A DNA stretch of 64,000 nucleotides from Eledone cirrhosa (GCA_964016885.1 OZ024743.1:231508001-231572000); one strand, 5' to 3'. Positions 14,001 to 27,708 are shown, numbered from the stretch's first letter. Numbers and translations are program-made. Notes: generated by a model not told the origin, from the sequence alone.

Positions 14001-17000
14001 AGCGTGATAGTGCCACGCTAAAATCATCGAGGGTGATCAAATCACTGGTGGTGATGAAATCACCGGTGGTTATGTAACCATACATTTACCAATGCTCGAT
14101 ATGAGTGTTTAAATGTCGAACCTAAACAATTCGAATAAAGAGGAAATGGAGACTGGAATGTCATGTGACAGACTCTCAGCCAGCAGGAGCTCCCTGGCCC
14201 AGCAGCAGGGACCTGGCTGTCATCGAAATACTGCTGGTGTTGGAGGAAGAAGAAGAAGGAAAGGGACCAGAACCAACTGGACGAAAGAATTGAATAGAAC
14301 TGTTATGCAATGTTACCTGAAGAATAACCCCAAGGAAAAAGGCTAAAGAAACGGAGGCCTACCATCTGGAACGAGATTGGTCTATTTAAATTAGATGAAC
14401 AAAAATTGGCCGGGCCGGCTCGGGTATTAAGAATTAATGGGCGGATAAGCGAGCTGGAACTGGAGGAACTCAGCAGAGAGTTTAGGTTGGAAATGGAGAG
14501 TTGAGTATGCCTGGCAAATGAGCCAGTGGGAAATCAAGGTGAAGAGGTTGAGAGAACGGGGGAAGCATCCGAAGCAGACAATGATCTGAATGCTGAAATA
14601 AATAATACCTGGAACAAAGATACGGCCATTCAGGACATGAATGCGGACGGGCTAGGACAAGATTTGGTTGATATCCTAAACTTAGTGGTAGATGAAATGA
14701 ATAATGATAGTGGGAAACCTATGAACCTAAGATTTGTAGACATGAAATAGTTAAAATAAACAACAGGTAAGGTAAACAAAGACATCCCATACCTTCAGGC
14801 GAGGAACCTTCACCAGTGCAACAATATCCTCAAAGCAACATCAAATGCAGTGAGGAAATTACTTGGCATAAAAGCGAGAGGAAACAAAAAACAAGAGTGA
14901 TCAGAACCTTGGTGTAAGAAACGACTGAATGGTCAAATCAGGGAAATAAGAAATGTCATTGGAAAGCTTGAGTCCCTACTGAATGGGACACTACAAAACA
15001 TAGACACTAAAAATAGACTGGAAATAAAGTACAAAACTAGGAGGAAAAAGCTAAATATTATCATAGAGGAACTGAAGCAACGCATTGTAGCAAAGAGTGC
15101 AAAGATTAGGCGATACCAGAGCAGAGGCAGTCAGTATAGAGAGAACCGCATGTTTGACAACAACCAGATGTGGTTTGGACAGATTGAAGGGAATGAAAGA
15201 GGCAACGACTTGATATCTGAGGCGGAACAAACTAAGACATTCTGGAGAGGAATATGGGAGCAGGATGTTAAACATAATGATCAGGCAGTGTGGATTGAGA
15301 CAGTACAAAAGGAGATTAGTGAACAGGCACACCAACAAACTGATTTGAGTATCACAGTTGAAACTCTTAATGGGCAGGCCAAAAAACTAATCAACTGGAA
15401 ATCACCAGGCCCAGATGGTGTGCAGGGGTATTGGATTAAAAATATAACATCCCTCCACCCGAAACTGACCACCATGTTCAATGACTGTTTGGTGTCAGGT
15501 GAGGTACCAGAGTGGTTGTCAAAAGGTACCACAATTCTAGTAATGAAAGGCCGAATCAAGGGTAATGATGTTACCAACTATAGACCTATCACATGTCTGT
15601 CCGTAATGTGGAAACTGTTAACAAGCATTGTGTCTGAGGAAATCTACCATCACCTCCACACAAACAACTTGTTACCGGACGAACAGATAGGATGCCGAAA
15701 GAAGTCCCGTGGTAGAAAGGACCAGTTACTTATTGATAAGATGGTAATGAGGAATTGCAAGAGGAGACACACTGGTCTTGCCATGGGATGCATAGACTAC
15801 AAAAAGCATTCGACATGGTACCTCATTCTTGCATAAACAAAAGCCTAGAGATCTTCAAGGTGGTAGATAACTTCAGACAGTTGTTGAGCAAAAGTATGAA
15901 GTCCTGGAAAACAGAGTTAACATCGGGCGGAGAATCTTTGGGAGGCGTGAAGATCAAGAGAGCTATTTCCAGGGAGATAGTTTGTCCCCTCTGTTGTTTG
16001 TCCTTGCCTTGATCCCTTCGACCATTATCCTGCGAAAAGTGAGAGCAGGATACAAGTTTGGAAAGGGAGAGCTTACCATAAATCACCTCCTCTTCATGGA
16101 CGATCTTAAACTCTCCGGGAAGAGTGAGAAGGAGTTGGATGTGCTTGTTGACACTGTCCGTATTTTCAGCAATGATATATGTATGAAATTTGGTATGAGT
16201 AAGTGTGGAGACCTTGTGATGAAGAGGGGTAAATTGAGCAGAATCAACGGAATCCAGGTACCAACAGGTGAGATGATAAAGGAAATTGACACTGAAGCAG
16301 GATACAAGTATTTGGGTATTCTGAAGGCTGATGACATCAAGAATAAAAAAAATGAAGGAATTGATAAGATCTGAATACATTCAGAGAGTATGGAGCGTAT
16401 TAAAATCACATCTGAACAGTAGGAATGCCATAAGTGCAGTAAATTCCCGAGCTGTGTCTATTATTAGGTACAGTGCGGGAATTCTGAGATGGTATGTTGC
16501 TGAACAAAAATAAATGGATAGGAAGCCTAGGAAGCTATTGACTATCTACAACATGTTCCATAAGAGGAGTGATGTCGATAGACTCTACTTAAGGAGATCT
16601 GAAGGTGAAAGTGGTCTTATCTGCATAGAGGTGTGTGTTCAGATGGAGAAAAACAACCTACACAAATACGTGACCGATAGTAAGGAGCCAATGCTCAGAA
16701 TTGTACTGAAGGAGAGGACAATAGACCAGGGGATGTCCAAGGAGGAAATAAGAACAATGAGAAAGAGCAACCTTCATGAAAAATCACTTCATAGTACATT
16801 CTTTGAGAAAAACGGAATTCAGAGATCCACAGACATGGAACTGGTTGAAAAGAGGAGACCTTAAAAGGGCTACTGAAGAAATGTTAATGGCTGCGCAGGA
16901 GCAGGCCCTCAAAACTGCGTGGTTGAAACACCATATTTACAACGAGGAGGCGAGCCCACTGTGAAGCATCTGTGGAGAGAGAGAGGAGACTGTGGCTCAC

Positions 17001-17624
17001 ATTGTATCCGAGTGTAAACACCTAGCCCAGACTCACTATAAAGGCTGGAGACATGATGTGATGGGCAGGGTGAACCACTGGCACCTATGGAAAGTAAACA
17101 AGTTACCACATTCTGAGAAGTGGTATGAACATAAGCCAGAGTCGGTGATAGAAAACGATCAGGTGAAGGTGCTATGGGATTTTAGGATACAGACGGACAA
17201 GAAACTGGAACACAATAGACCTGACCAAGTGGTTTTGGACAAGGAAAAAAGATCGTGACTGATTGTGGATGTGGCCTGCCAATTCGACACGAGAGTGCAG
17301 GAGAAGGAAAGGGAGAAAATTAACCGATACCAGGACTTAAAGTGGGAGGTAAAAAGGATTTGGAACTGCCATGAAGTCAAAGTGGTCCCGATTGTCATAG
17401 GCGCACTAGGTAGTATCTCAAAAAGTTTCCAAGAATGGTTAAAGTAAATTGGCCCCGCCCCGCTTTTTGGAACACTTCAAAAGGCATGTTTGCTGGGAAC
17501 AGCAAGAACCGTCCGATACGTCCTGAATATCTGAGGCTGCAGGTAGTGGCTAGATATTCATTTCAACAAACTTTCCAGTTAACTAACATCAATGACTGAG
17601 ACTCAAAGAACAATAATAATAATA
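14001..17624 (+). mobile_element. Near full-length R4/Dong-clade non-LTR retrotransposon, copy 3
   Basis: Same 5' start as copy 2 (agcgtgatagtgccacgct), same 3' UTR, (AAT)n tail. Confidence 0.92.
14113..17534 (+). pseudogene. RT-RLE polyprotein pseudogene
   Basis: NYRPITCL, HLLFMDDLKL, AHIVSEC, RHD, WDFRIQTD, RPD; many stops and frameshifts. Confidence 0.92.
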
Positions 17625-17813
17625 AGAGTAAATGGGAGAAAAAAGAATCAGTATTGCATCATATATATATATAATTAATATTTAAATATGTATATCAAGC
17701 AATATTGAGTCAGTTCCCATGTATCGTATTATTGATACTCTGTCCCCCAAGAGCATCTAGTGCTGATCTTACTATACCGCCTAGGAACGCAATTCAATTG
17801 CACCTCTAATATC

Positions 17814-17960
<147 letters not shown>

Positions 17961-18157
17961 ATATATATATAAATATATATAGATTTTGAGTATATGTTGG
18001 TTGTATACCACACCTCAGTATGCAGGCTGGAGCACTCGACGAAGTGCGCAGGTTCCTCAGTGAAATAACAACCCAACCAGGAACTGGGCATATCAGAGTA
18101 TTGACAAAATGATACACCTCAACAACATATGTACTTGTCTATACCATACTAATTCAA

Positions 18158-18212
18158 ACTGCCTGAAGGGGTCACAGCCAAAGATGGCTGTCACTGAAAT
18201 ATATATAGCAGT
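18158..18212 (+). ncRNA. Minimal type I hammerhead ribozyme motif (A9 variant)
   Basis: actgc CTGAAGG ggtcacagcca-aaga-tggctgtcact GAAA tatata TA gcagt. Confidence 0.6.
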
Positions 18213-18257
18213 AAAAAACGAAGCTAAATTTTAAACATTTGACTTTTTATTTAACTT

Positions 18258-18311
<54 letters not shown>

Positions 18312-18461
18312 TTTTGAGTATTTGTTGGTTGTTTACCGACACCTAGTATGCAGATTGGAGCACTCGACGAAGTGAGCAGGTTGGTTTGGTTACTCCGGAA
18401 TAATGTAAAATAAAATAATTAAGTCAAATATTTAAAATTTGACTTCCTTTATTAAAGGTGT

Positions 18462-18516
18462 ACTGCTGTATATATTTCGGTGACATCCATCCTGGTCTGT
18501 AACCTCTTCAGGCAGT
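18462..18516 (-). ncRNA. Minimal type I hammerhead ribozyme motif (cleavage site mutated to CA)
   Basis: Reverse complement: actgc CTGAAGA ggttacagacca-gga-tggatgtcacc GAAA tatata CA gcagt. Confidence 0.6.
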
Positions 18517-19551
18517 CCGAATTGGTGTGATAGAGACAGGTACACATGTTGTTGAAGTGTTTAACTCCGTCAATACTCCGATATGCCCAGTTCCTGGTTG
18601 GGTTGTTATTGCTCTGAGGAACTGGAATCATATGAATTCGAACAAACGATTCGGCGTCAAAGGACACTCTCTTCTCCAAATGGTTAGTTGTGAGAACATT
18701 CCTCAGTCAAAAGTCTATAGAATTTTTTCTGAGGCAAGGCAATCTGTTGTGGTTGTTTTTGTTAAGTACAGCTGACTTCCTCCCTTGTGTTGGTCGTGGT
18801 GTTGATGTTAGGGGATCGTTAGTCAGGTCAGCTTTAGTTCGGCTGTTGCTATTTTTAGAAGAATTTGTGTGTGTGTTGGCATCTATCCTGCCACTATTTC
18901 CCGTGAGGGGGGAGGCAAACAGATGAAGAAATTAGATAAAGTAAAATGGAGAAATAAAAGAATATAAGGCAATAAAATGAAGAAAATAAAAAATAAAAAA
19001 ATAAATGAACAAAAAAAGTATAAAATAATAAAAAGAATAAGATAATAAAAATAAAATAAAATGTGTGTCTTATACCAATCTCAAAGTTTGAAAGATTTGG
19101 AAGATATTGACCGAAGTAGAAAGCCTGTGTGTCAGAATCGAGAAGTGCAAAGGATCACTATCCTAGTGTGGTGCGTTTTAAGAGGAAATGAGTCAAGGGC
19201 GGAGTGTAAAAGACCAGGAACCGAGGGTTAAAATCCGGAAATAGAGGACTACAGTTCCTATTTCGGCACAGAGTACATGTGCGTGTATGTCAACTCACAT
19301 CGTTCCAAGCACACACGCACAAGCACAGGCCCAGGTCCGTCCCCTATGCATACACACACACACACACATATTATAACCCCCCCACACACACACACACACA
19401 CATGCACACACACACACAGACACACATGTAAGTATCTGTGCATGTACAATCTTAAATAACAGTTTCTATGTATGGGCATATGCATAAGTACGTGTTGTCA
19501 CAGGAGTCCATCGGGGCAGGGGTAGGGGTGGCTATTGTGCAAGGGGTGGTA

Positions 19552-20240
19552 TATTTTTTATTTAAAGAAATATATACACAGGAGATTAATCAAATCATTT
19601 TAAAAAGTATCTATATTTGAAGTTCTAGTTAAACTTTAATTGGTTACCTACCTAGCTATGTGTGCTTACATACTTTACAAATTATTTCCTGTGATTGTTC
19701 CATATGTTTATTTTATATATATATATATGTCAATCTATATAAAATGCTCGGATATATTCATTGGAATCTTTGAGCTTATTCTGCAGTGGATATGGCGCAT
19801 GTCTCTCAGACATAACAACCCTTAATTTAATTTTGGGATATATATACGGCCCCTTAATTGCTGAGCTAACTCAGTTGAATCAACTCAGCTGCTATTTCTA
19901 GCTGTCGATAATCCTATTCACGCCACTGGGATGACGTTGTGCGATGTGTGTATTTTTTAAAAATGCAACACGTGGTTCGAGTCATTCACAGATTTGCATT
20001 TGCTTTGTAAACGCAGATAGTTGAATCTTCTCCTTTGGTGACAATCCAGGATTTGACTACTGTGATTTACTGATTAATTGGTGAAATATATTTTTTATTT
20101 AAAGAAATTTATACAAAGGAGATTAATCATTTTAAAAGGTATCTATATTTGAAGTTCTATTTAAACATTAATTGGTTACCTACCTAGCCATGTGTGCTTG
20201 CATACTTTACAAATTATTCCCTGTGATTGTTCCATATGTT

Positions 20241-20272
<32 letters not shown>

Positions 20273-20282
20273 GTCAATCTAT
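19552..20282 (+). repeat. About 190-bp direct repeat pair (19552-19737 and 20087-20282)
   Basis: Near-identical tatatttttta..aaagaaat..ggagattaatca..ttggttacctacctagc..gtcaatcta. Confidence 0.85.
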
Positions 20283-20289
20283 TTCTAGT

Positions 20290-20334
<45 letters not shown>

Positions 20335-20713
20335 TGGATGACTTCATTGGCCCAGTCTGTATATTCAAATGTCCTTTTGCACACCGATTTTCGTCGTCAT
20401 TAAGCGACGCATAATCTTTCAGCTCTATATTCAAACGGTCATTAAAATTACCTATATTGCAATATATAGATCTGCTTATCACTTTAAGCGTTTTCTGCAG
20501 CTACCTATGCATGTGTATATATCTGTGCGTGCGTATATGTGTGCCCTGTGTGAGTGTATTCTTTTGTGTATGTGTGTTACAGGAGATTGAATATACGCAA
20601 ATGAAGTCAATCTGTTATTCTGTTTTGAATTCCCTCCTGCTTGATACCTCCCTTTTACTATATTTCTCTATACATACACACACACACACTTAGATACATA
20701 CCCCCACTCGCGC

Positions 20714-20783
<70 letters not shown>

Positions 20784-20790
20784 GTATATG

Positions 20791-20852
<62 letters not shown>

Positions 20853-21030
20853 GATATCCACGGTAAGTTGTGGGGTCTAGTCTGCATGAAGAACTCAATG
20901 TAATCCATATGTTGAAAATGTTGTAGGTTAAAATAAATCCCGGAAAACAATGAAATATTAAAAGGAAATCAGAGTCATGATATAAGTTAAAACATTGAAA
21001 TAAAAAATTAAGTCATTAGAAATATACTTC

Positions 21031-21170
21031 ATTGTTTTACGATCGTTTCTAGGTAATGATAATACATCCTAACTATACTTCAATATCGATCTATGTAAGG
21101 TTAGTTACAAAATATCAGATAAAGAGAATATTTACTTACATGCATATCACCAGTTGTTGTCAAAAGCAAT
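21031..21170 (-). ncRNA. Hammerhead motif with U3-A8 core and long stem II insertion
   Basis: Reverse complement: attgctt TTGACAA [about 105 nt] GAAA cgatcg TA aaacaat. Confidence 0.6.
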
Positions 21171-21284
21171 AATAACTGTATTCAAAATTAGTAGTGAATT
21201 AGTATAATGTTTAGTTCTATGACCTTGTTTGGCGGTAGTTGAAAAACTAACCAAACAGATTGTTTTTTTCCATATGATGTTAAG

Positions 21285-22154
21285 ATGAAAAATAAATTCC
21301 CTATTGGACAAATCCCCAAAAAATTCTTCGAAATTCTACATAAACATTTTCCACCAAACCACAGATACCACCAAATATTTAACAGATATACTGTTAAATT
21401 CTCATACTCTACATCAAACAATCTCCAGCAAAAAATAAGCAACTACAACATTTATAAATTTAAAAATAATATGACCACACCGCCACAACATAATATAAAT
21501 AGAACTGCACCTTTTAAAAGGACAAATAATACAATCCTTCAACCTGGAAATCACAACCACCCAATTCACCAAGACAAAAACAACAGAACACAAAGTCACA
21601 ATACAACCATAACACTAAACCACCCACAAAACAACTTTCATTCTCCCGCTAACATTAATTACAATAGGAATAGCTCAACGATTAATGAGAATGGTATAGG
21701 TACCTCCAACAACCATCTTACGTATGGTTGTAATTGCAGTAATAGAAGCATTTGCCCCTTAACTGGCAACTGTTTGATTAATAATGTAATATATAAATGC
21801 ACTGTGTCTACTACTGACTCCAACAAAACATATATAGGATCGACATCAAACACATTTAAGAAAAGATTTTGCGCACGCTCTAGTAGTTTTAACAATACTA
21901 AACTAGCTAACACCACATCTTTAGCTGAAGCAGTAAATAACTATAAAAGGAACAAAATAGATTTCAAGCTATCGTGGAACCCCATTCTACAAAAAACTCC
22001 ATATTTTGGGAACAGGATAGAATGCAGGTTATGTTCAGGGGAGATCTTGGAAACTACTAAATCTAAGGACGATTTATTAAATAAAAGACAGGAACTGGTT
22101 ATAGTTTGTAATCACCGTATACGAAACACATTTAAAAACTATAAACCAAATTAA
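21285..22154 (+). CDS. PLE polyprotein C-terminus (thumb, Cys linker, GIY-YIG endonuclease); 5'-truncated, Neptune/Nematis-like
   Basis: KHFP..H..HQIFNR.TVKFSYS, CNC....CPL.GNC...NVIYKC, YIGST...FKKR, CRLC..E, LLNKRQE....CNH. Confidence 0.88.
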   Translation: MKNKFPIGQIPKKFFEILHKHFPPNHRYHQIFNRYTVKFSYSTSNNLQQKISNYNIYKFKNNMTTPPQHNINRTAPFKRTNNTILQPGNHNHPIHQDKNNRTQSHNTTITLNHPQNNFHSPANINYNRNSSTINENGIGTSNNHLTYGCNCSNRSICPLTGNCLINNVIYKCTVSTTDSNKTYIGSTSNTFKKRFCARSSSFNNTKLANTTSLAEAVNNYKRNKIDFKLSWNPILQKTPYFGNRIECRLCSGEILETTKSKDDLLNKRQELVIVCNHRIRNTFKNYKPN

Positions 22155-22419
22155 ATATTCTAAATAGCTACGCACTATAATTCTATATAGAGTAACATTT
22201 GTTAGTATCCCTTTCCCCTAATTATACGCATTCATGCTTATTTCTTAACTTTTAATGTTTTAGCTTCCTTAGATTTATGCGTTAATAACTAAGGGTAACA
22301 AGGTACACAACCACCCGTAATTGCATGAGTAAATATGTATCAATGTTTGTTATGGGAATATATATATACATATACATATATATATACATATATATATGTA
22401 TATATATATATATTTATAC

Positions 22420-22469
<50 letters not shown>

Positions 22470-22514
22470 ATATGTGTATGAGTGTTTATATATGTGTGTG
22501 TGTACATGTATGTG

Positions 22515-22559
<45 letters not shown>

Positions 22560-22817
22560 ATGTGTTTGCATCTATTTATGCGTATGTATATTTTTAGTTG
22601 AGTATCAATATAACTTTACCTCTATCTATAATGTGGGTATATGCAGTATGTTATCTATGAAATTTATGCGTTTTGACTGTCAACATGTATTTATCTGAGT
22701 TTGATTATTTATACATAGACATACGTAAAAGTATTTTAAGGCGTATCATACGCTGTATTATACTAAGTACAATTTACCACACCGTACTATATTGTGTTAC
22801 ATTATATTATTGGATTG

Positions 22818-22995
22818 GCAGTATCAGTAGAGGGTCGGACGCCATGCTTTCCAGCATAGTTACGTCCCTTTACGATCTGAGTTCAAATCCCGCCGAGGTT
22901 GACTTTCATCCTTACGGGTCGATAAAATAAAGTACCAGTAATGCACTGGGTAATTGCTGGACTTGTGCCTAAAAAGTAGAAACAATTATATTATA
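22818..22995 (+). mobile_element. tRNA-derived SINE
   Basis: ggcagtatc.gtagagggtcggacgcc..gagttcaaatcccgccgagg..gtagaaacaatta. Confidence 0.85.
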
Positions 22996-23455
22996 TTATT
23001 GTATTATTGTATTTAATTATCTTATTATAATTTTCATCTTTTAATATACTATCTTTCCTAGCCATGACCTTAATTTATATTCACCTAAATACACCATACA
23101 ACACAACTCAACTTTTAATTTTTACATTCCTTTTAAAATTCACTTTACCTTATACATTCAACTATCCATTTGACAATCCCCTTCTTCCTAATAGATTTGT
23201 TATGGCAATTCTATTATTAACACCGTTCAACCATTCCTTTCAAAGGGACATGACCTCAACTAAAGGGAATTATGGAAAATGTGTATGTAGAATTTCGAAG
23301 AATTTTTTGGGGATTTGTCCAATAGGGAATTTATTTTTCATCTTAACATCATATGAAAAAACCAATCTGATTGGGTAGTTCTTCAACTACCTCCAAACAA
23401 GGTCATAGAACTAAACATTACACTAATTTACTACTAATTTTGATATATAATTATT

Positions 23456-23595
23456 ATTGCTTTTGACAACAGCTAGTGATATGCATGTAAGTAAATATTC
23501 TTTTTATCTGATATTTTGTAACTAACCTTACATAGATCGATATCGAAGTGTAGTTACGATGTATTATCATTACCTAGAAAGGATCGTAAAGCAGT
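23456..23595 (+). ncRNA. Hammerhead motif with U3-A8 core and long stem II insertion
   Basis: attgctt TTGACAA ... GAAA ggatcg TA aagcagt. Confidence 0.6.
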
Positions 23596-23765
23596 GAAGT
23601 ATATTTCTAATGACTTGATTTTTTATTTCATTGTTTTAACTTATATATATATATATATATATATATAGTGGTAGAACACTGGAAGGTAATATCTGTAGTG
23701 GTAGAGCACTCAGTCCATGGGGTGAGTTAGGTACAAGTGGTTACACAACAGTTAGTTCACCATAC

Positions 23766-23802
23766 CGAGAACAATTGTTTCACTTAGCGGATCCTCAGCT
23801 CG
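23766..23802 (-). ncRNA. Minimal hammerhead motif
   Basis: Reverse complement: cgag CTGAGGA tccgctaagt GAAA caattg TT ctcg; palindromic stem III; weak stem II. Confidence 0.55.
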
Positions 23803-24379
23803 TAAGGGACATGGTTATACGCAACGAGAAGGACAATTGTACGAACGCACATGCGCAGAAACGGTCACTTCACTCAGGCAATACTTTTTTCCTTGAGTCC
23901 TTGAGTGACCATACGTGGCTGAATCACCAGTCGACCTTTAGGTACCCGGACATATATTCTTCCACGAAAATCGCGAGCCACGTATGATCCCTGAAGGACT
24001 CAAGTATAGACTACTCCATTCAATGGAAAGCCATCACTAAGTCCAAGCCATACGCAAGTGGCAATCCGTCGTGTGGACTATGTATTGATGGACGAATAAA
24101 TATCCTAAAGAAATTACGCAATAGAGATTGCCTAAACTCAAGAAATGAATTCTTCACACGTTGCCCACACGTCTGGAACACCTTTTACATAACTACAAAG
24201 CTCCGGATTGAATTACAACAACATCCTAATTTTCTTATCAACTAGAAACTTTCGGACTTTCGCAGTTATCTCCCTTACACCTCACGCACGCAATTTAGTA
24301 TTGCCTGAGTGAAGTTACCGTTTCTGCGCATGCGCGTTCGTATGATTGTCCTTCCCGTTCGTTATAACCATGTCCATTG

Positions 24380-24417
24380 CGAGCTGAGGATCAGGTAAGG
24401 TGAAACAATTGTTTTCG
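24380..24417 (+). ncRNA. Minimal hammerhead motif
   Basis: cgag CTGAGGA tcaggtaaggt GAAA caattg TT ttcg. Confidence 0.55.
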
Positions 24418-24989
24418 GTATGGTGAACTAACTGTTGTGTAACCACTTATATATATATATATATATATTACTGTATAGTGAAATTGTCACTGGTAAATCT
24501 GCCGATATTGAAATGTGGGCCAATACAGCAATAACCTCAGAAATGTCAATATATTTCGTGAAACATAAGAGTATTTAATTTCAGCTCAAATTCAGCTACA
24601 CACTCTTAGCAGTAGTGATTGCTATACATTAAAGCATTACGCAGAAGAGTCAGCGTACTCTGGTCCTTAAATCTGCCGTGCACATGGCAATCTCAACCTA
24701 GACCTCCACATTCGTGTATTCCCCAACAAATTCCAACATATTGAAACAGCATACCATAAGGTGAACACAACATGCAAAAGCCTGATGATTAAGAACTCTG
24801 TTATATCAAACCGTTTGGCGTATTCTGTTTGTGTTAGATTTCGCTACATGTTTTCATAGTATACTATGCTACGGAAGAGAACATTCGCCAACATCCCAAA
24901 CCACTTACAGAGTTGGGTGAAACTCGTCAAATTGGAAACATCAAGCAATGTTTCCAGTAGTCTTTTTATTGCTGATACTATCTTCTGTC

Positions 24990-25120
24990 CGCCACCCCTC
25001 ACAGAAACAACCACGTGAAATAAAGTGTCTTGCTCAAGGACATAACTCATCGCCCGATCCTGTAATCGAACACTCAACCGCACGATTGAGAATCCTCCAT
25101 TCCCGAAGTTACACGCCTTC
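24990..25120 (-). mobile_element. tRNA-derived SINE 5' half (ccttgagcaagacact-type family)
   Basis: gtgaaataaagtgtcttgctcaaggacataac; paralog on the plus strand at 45435-45540. Confidence 0.6.
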
Positions 25121-27665
25121 ACAAATGCTACGGATAAAGATATACCAAATTGTAGTTTGGTTTCCCTTGTTGCCCTAGTTCAATTCATCGTGGTTCTTCT
25201 CATTTTACAACCAAACCAATTAATACAAAACTGTTTTAAAATGTCAATGCACTATCAACTTATCGAAGGTATTTTCAAAGTCGAGATATAACACATCCAC
25301 GGTTGAGCGTTTAGCAGCTGTCTCCGCAACATTGATAGTGTGACTAAAGATGACTTTATCTATATATGCTGTAACAGAGACAGTTGTTTACCATCTGCCC
25401 TGCATCCTCATTTATGCCTTTTTAATGATTGGGTAATTTGCCACTTTTGACGAAATTTTGGAAGATGATCTGCAGAGTTGTCCCTCAGGACCGATTGAAA
25501 TTGTTTAGGAGTGCTGGAAGCTCGTTACGGCCAACATCTAAGTTTGAGCTTATTTCTGGCAATGTATCACCCCAATAAACACTCACATATACATACATAA
25601 ACACGCATGCGCAGAAAGTGTTGACAAGCTGAGAAATCAACTTATGATATGAAAAGAGGATTTTAAGCTCAATGTGTTGCTTAATCAGCGTTTATAAAGA
25701 GCATATATATATTCGAGGTATAATCCTCAGTCTATCGAATTAATTGAAAGCAACTTCACAGAGCATAAGTAATTTAATATAATATTGAACCAATGTGAAA
25801 CGTTTTATATATTCATTTATTCATTTAACACGCCTTTCACAAACTGTAGGAATAAAAATTGTCAATTAGATCAGCAGGAATCCGATTGTGTATAGAACAC
25901 ATATAATTAAATAAATAAGAAAAAAATAAGTAACATTGCATATATTTCATATGAGAGGGGTGTATAATTTTACAAATGACTTATGTCATCAAAATAAATG
26001 AAAATATAACACCATATCTTTTATAATAACTAAGATAACACATCTCATCGAGAGAGATATTTAATGTTACAGAAAAATCTTCGGAAATGAGAAATACAAT
26101 TGTTATTAACGAAACCCATTAGTTACATAAACTAAAGTTTGATAAATATTTGGATTTAAGACATATCATTAGGGAAATAAATAACACTTCGAAAATAACT
26201 AGAATTATAATTATCATATATGAAATACATAGGAAATATATGTAAATATATGTTTCTGTTATAAACTATAATAAAGTAATTATAATATAATAACATAAAT
26301 TATCACATAGCAGAAAATTAATTATAAACAAGGATTATTATAGATATATATTACAAATATAAAATGTTGTTAAGCAAACTGTCTAAAACCAGTCAACATA
26401 AAGTATAGGTGTTTGGTGTCGGCACGAAATAATTAGATTGTTGTGTATATTAAGTAAATTATTTACTATCTAAACTATGTTTACGTATAACATTGAACAT
26501 GTTTGATATATACAGTTCTTTATTATTTGATTATTTAATCGACATTTATATACATGCAATTGGTGAAACAATTGTAAAATATATAAAGGAATGTATCCCA
26601 CATTTATCCTTGGTTCAATGATGTATTAAACTGCATATACTTGTATTTATGGTTAATTATTTTATATATATATATATATAAAACAATGTTATCTGTGATT
26701 GAGACGAAAAGAGTGTCTTTGAATACATAGTAAAATGAGAAACCTCATTGCTAGAGTAGCCGTTCAAACAGCTAAATGCTGTCAAAGAGAGCATTGGGTA
26801 AAAATGCCTCAAAGGACAGAGACCAGCGACCAGTGGTCAAGAGAGAGACAATCCACAACGTGTGTGACAGATAGATGAAATATAGAAAATATTGTTAGAG
26901 GAAGAGGACAAGTAGAAGTGCGCTGGTGCACAGAAGTGACTGGAATGTTTTGGGACCTTTGATTCGACGACAAATATTCTAGTTGTTCGAGCAGCAGAAC
27001 AATCTGCTAGTGAAATTACTGTAGAGTTAGGATATATATAGAGTACTGTAGTTCTCAGAGATATTCTGGGTGACAACTTATGTGAAAAACATGTTTTTTT
27101 TTCTTTATATATAAAACTCAATTTTTGACAGTTGTATGCAGTGGGGAAACGTAAAATAAATTTGCTTTCCCATAGAAACGCAGACAATCGAAATCAGATT
27201 CTTATGATCGGGAGTTTAGCTGCAAAACATATAAGCAACATGTCTTCACAATATGGATAATGTACACCGTTAAATGGATGTTAAAAGGAATGTAAAAAAG
27301 AACTGTCGATTGCGTGCTAATGGTGAGTTCCATCGTGGGAAAAAATATATTAAATATTGAAGTAGCGATTTTAAATGTTCAGTAACATATAACATTAAAC
27401 TAGGTTAATGCGAATTTTGGATCTGCATTTAAATTTGTCTTTACTGCTTATTATTTAGCTTCAATTTCTCTGTCTGTATATTTCATTTCATTACTACACG
27501 TAGAAACACATATTCTTAGACATGCACACATATATATATATTATGTATATATATATTGTTATACTTTGGGATGCTCATGTTGCCAATTAAAACACGCATC
27601 TGTTGGTTTTTTACTAATTTCCGGCTGGTTGTTGGGTTCGATAACCGGAAGATTGTTTATATATT

Positions 27666-27708
27666 GTCAAACCTCTTTCGTCACACATTCTGTGACCTCC
27701 TCAGTGAC
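27666..27708 (-). ncRNA. Minimal hammerhead-like motif in a pLTR fragment
   Basis: Reverse complement: gtca CTGAGGA g gtcaca-gaatg-tgtgac GAAA gagg TT tgac; related fragment at 54249-54325. Confidence 0.45.

Larger units (their letters stand above)
17982..18622. mobile_element. Penelope-like pseudo-LTR fragments in direct and inverted arrangement around (TA)n
   Basis: 18053-18262 is an inverted paralog of 18405-18622; 17982-18053 is repeated at 18311-18382; each arm has a hammerhead motif. Confidence 0.7.
20988..23642 (+). mobile_element. 5'-truncated Penelope-like element with inverted pseudo-LTRs (20988-21355 vs 23270-23642)
   Basis: Inverted arms, GIY-YIG ORF, a hammerhead in each arm, (TA)n at the right end. 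Confidence 0.8.
23690..24448 (+). mobile_element. Short PLE: inverted pLTRs (23737-23886 vs 24297-24448) around a decayed GIY-YIG C-terminus
   Basis: HQSTFR...STKIASHV*SLKD..I.WK....KPY.SG...CGLC..LNSRNEF..RCPH; flanked by (TA)n on both sides. Confidence 0.8.

Noticed and set aside
20880-20930. Additional hammerhead-like remnants (also 58300-58345)
   Set aside because: Core nucleotides and stems are too degenerate to support a call.
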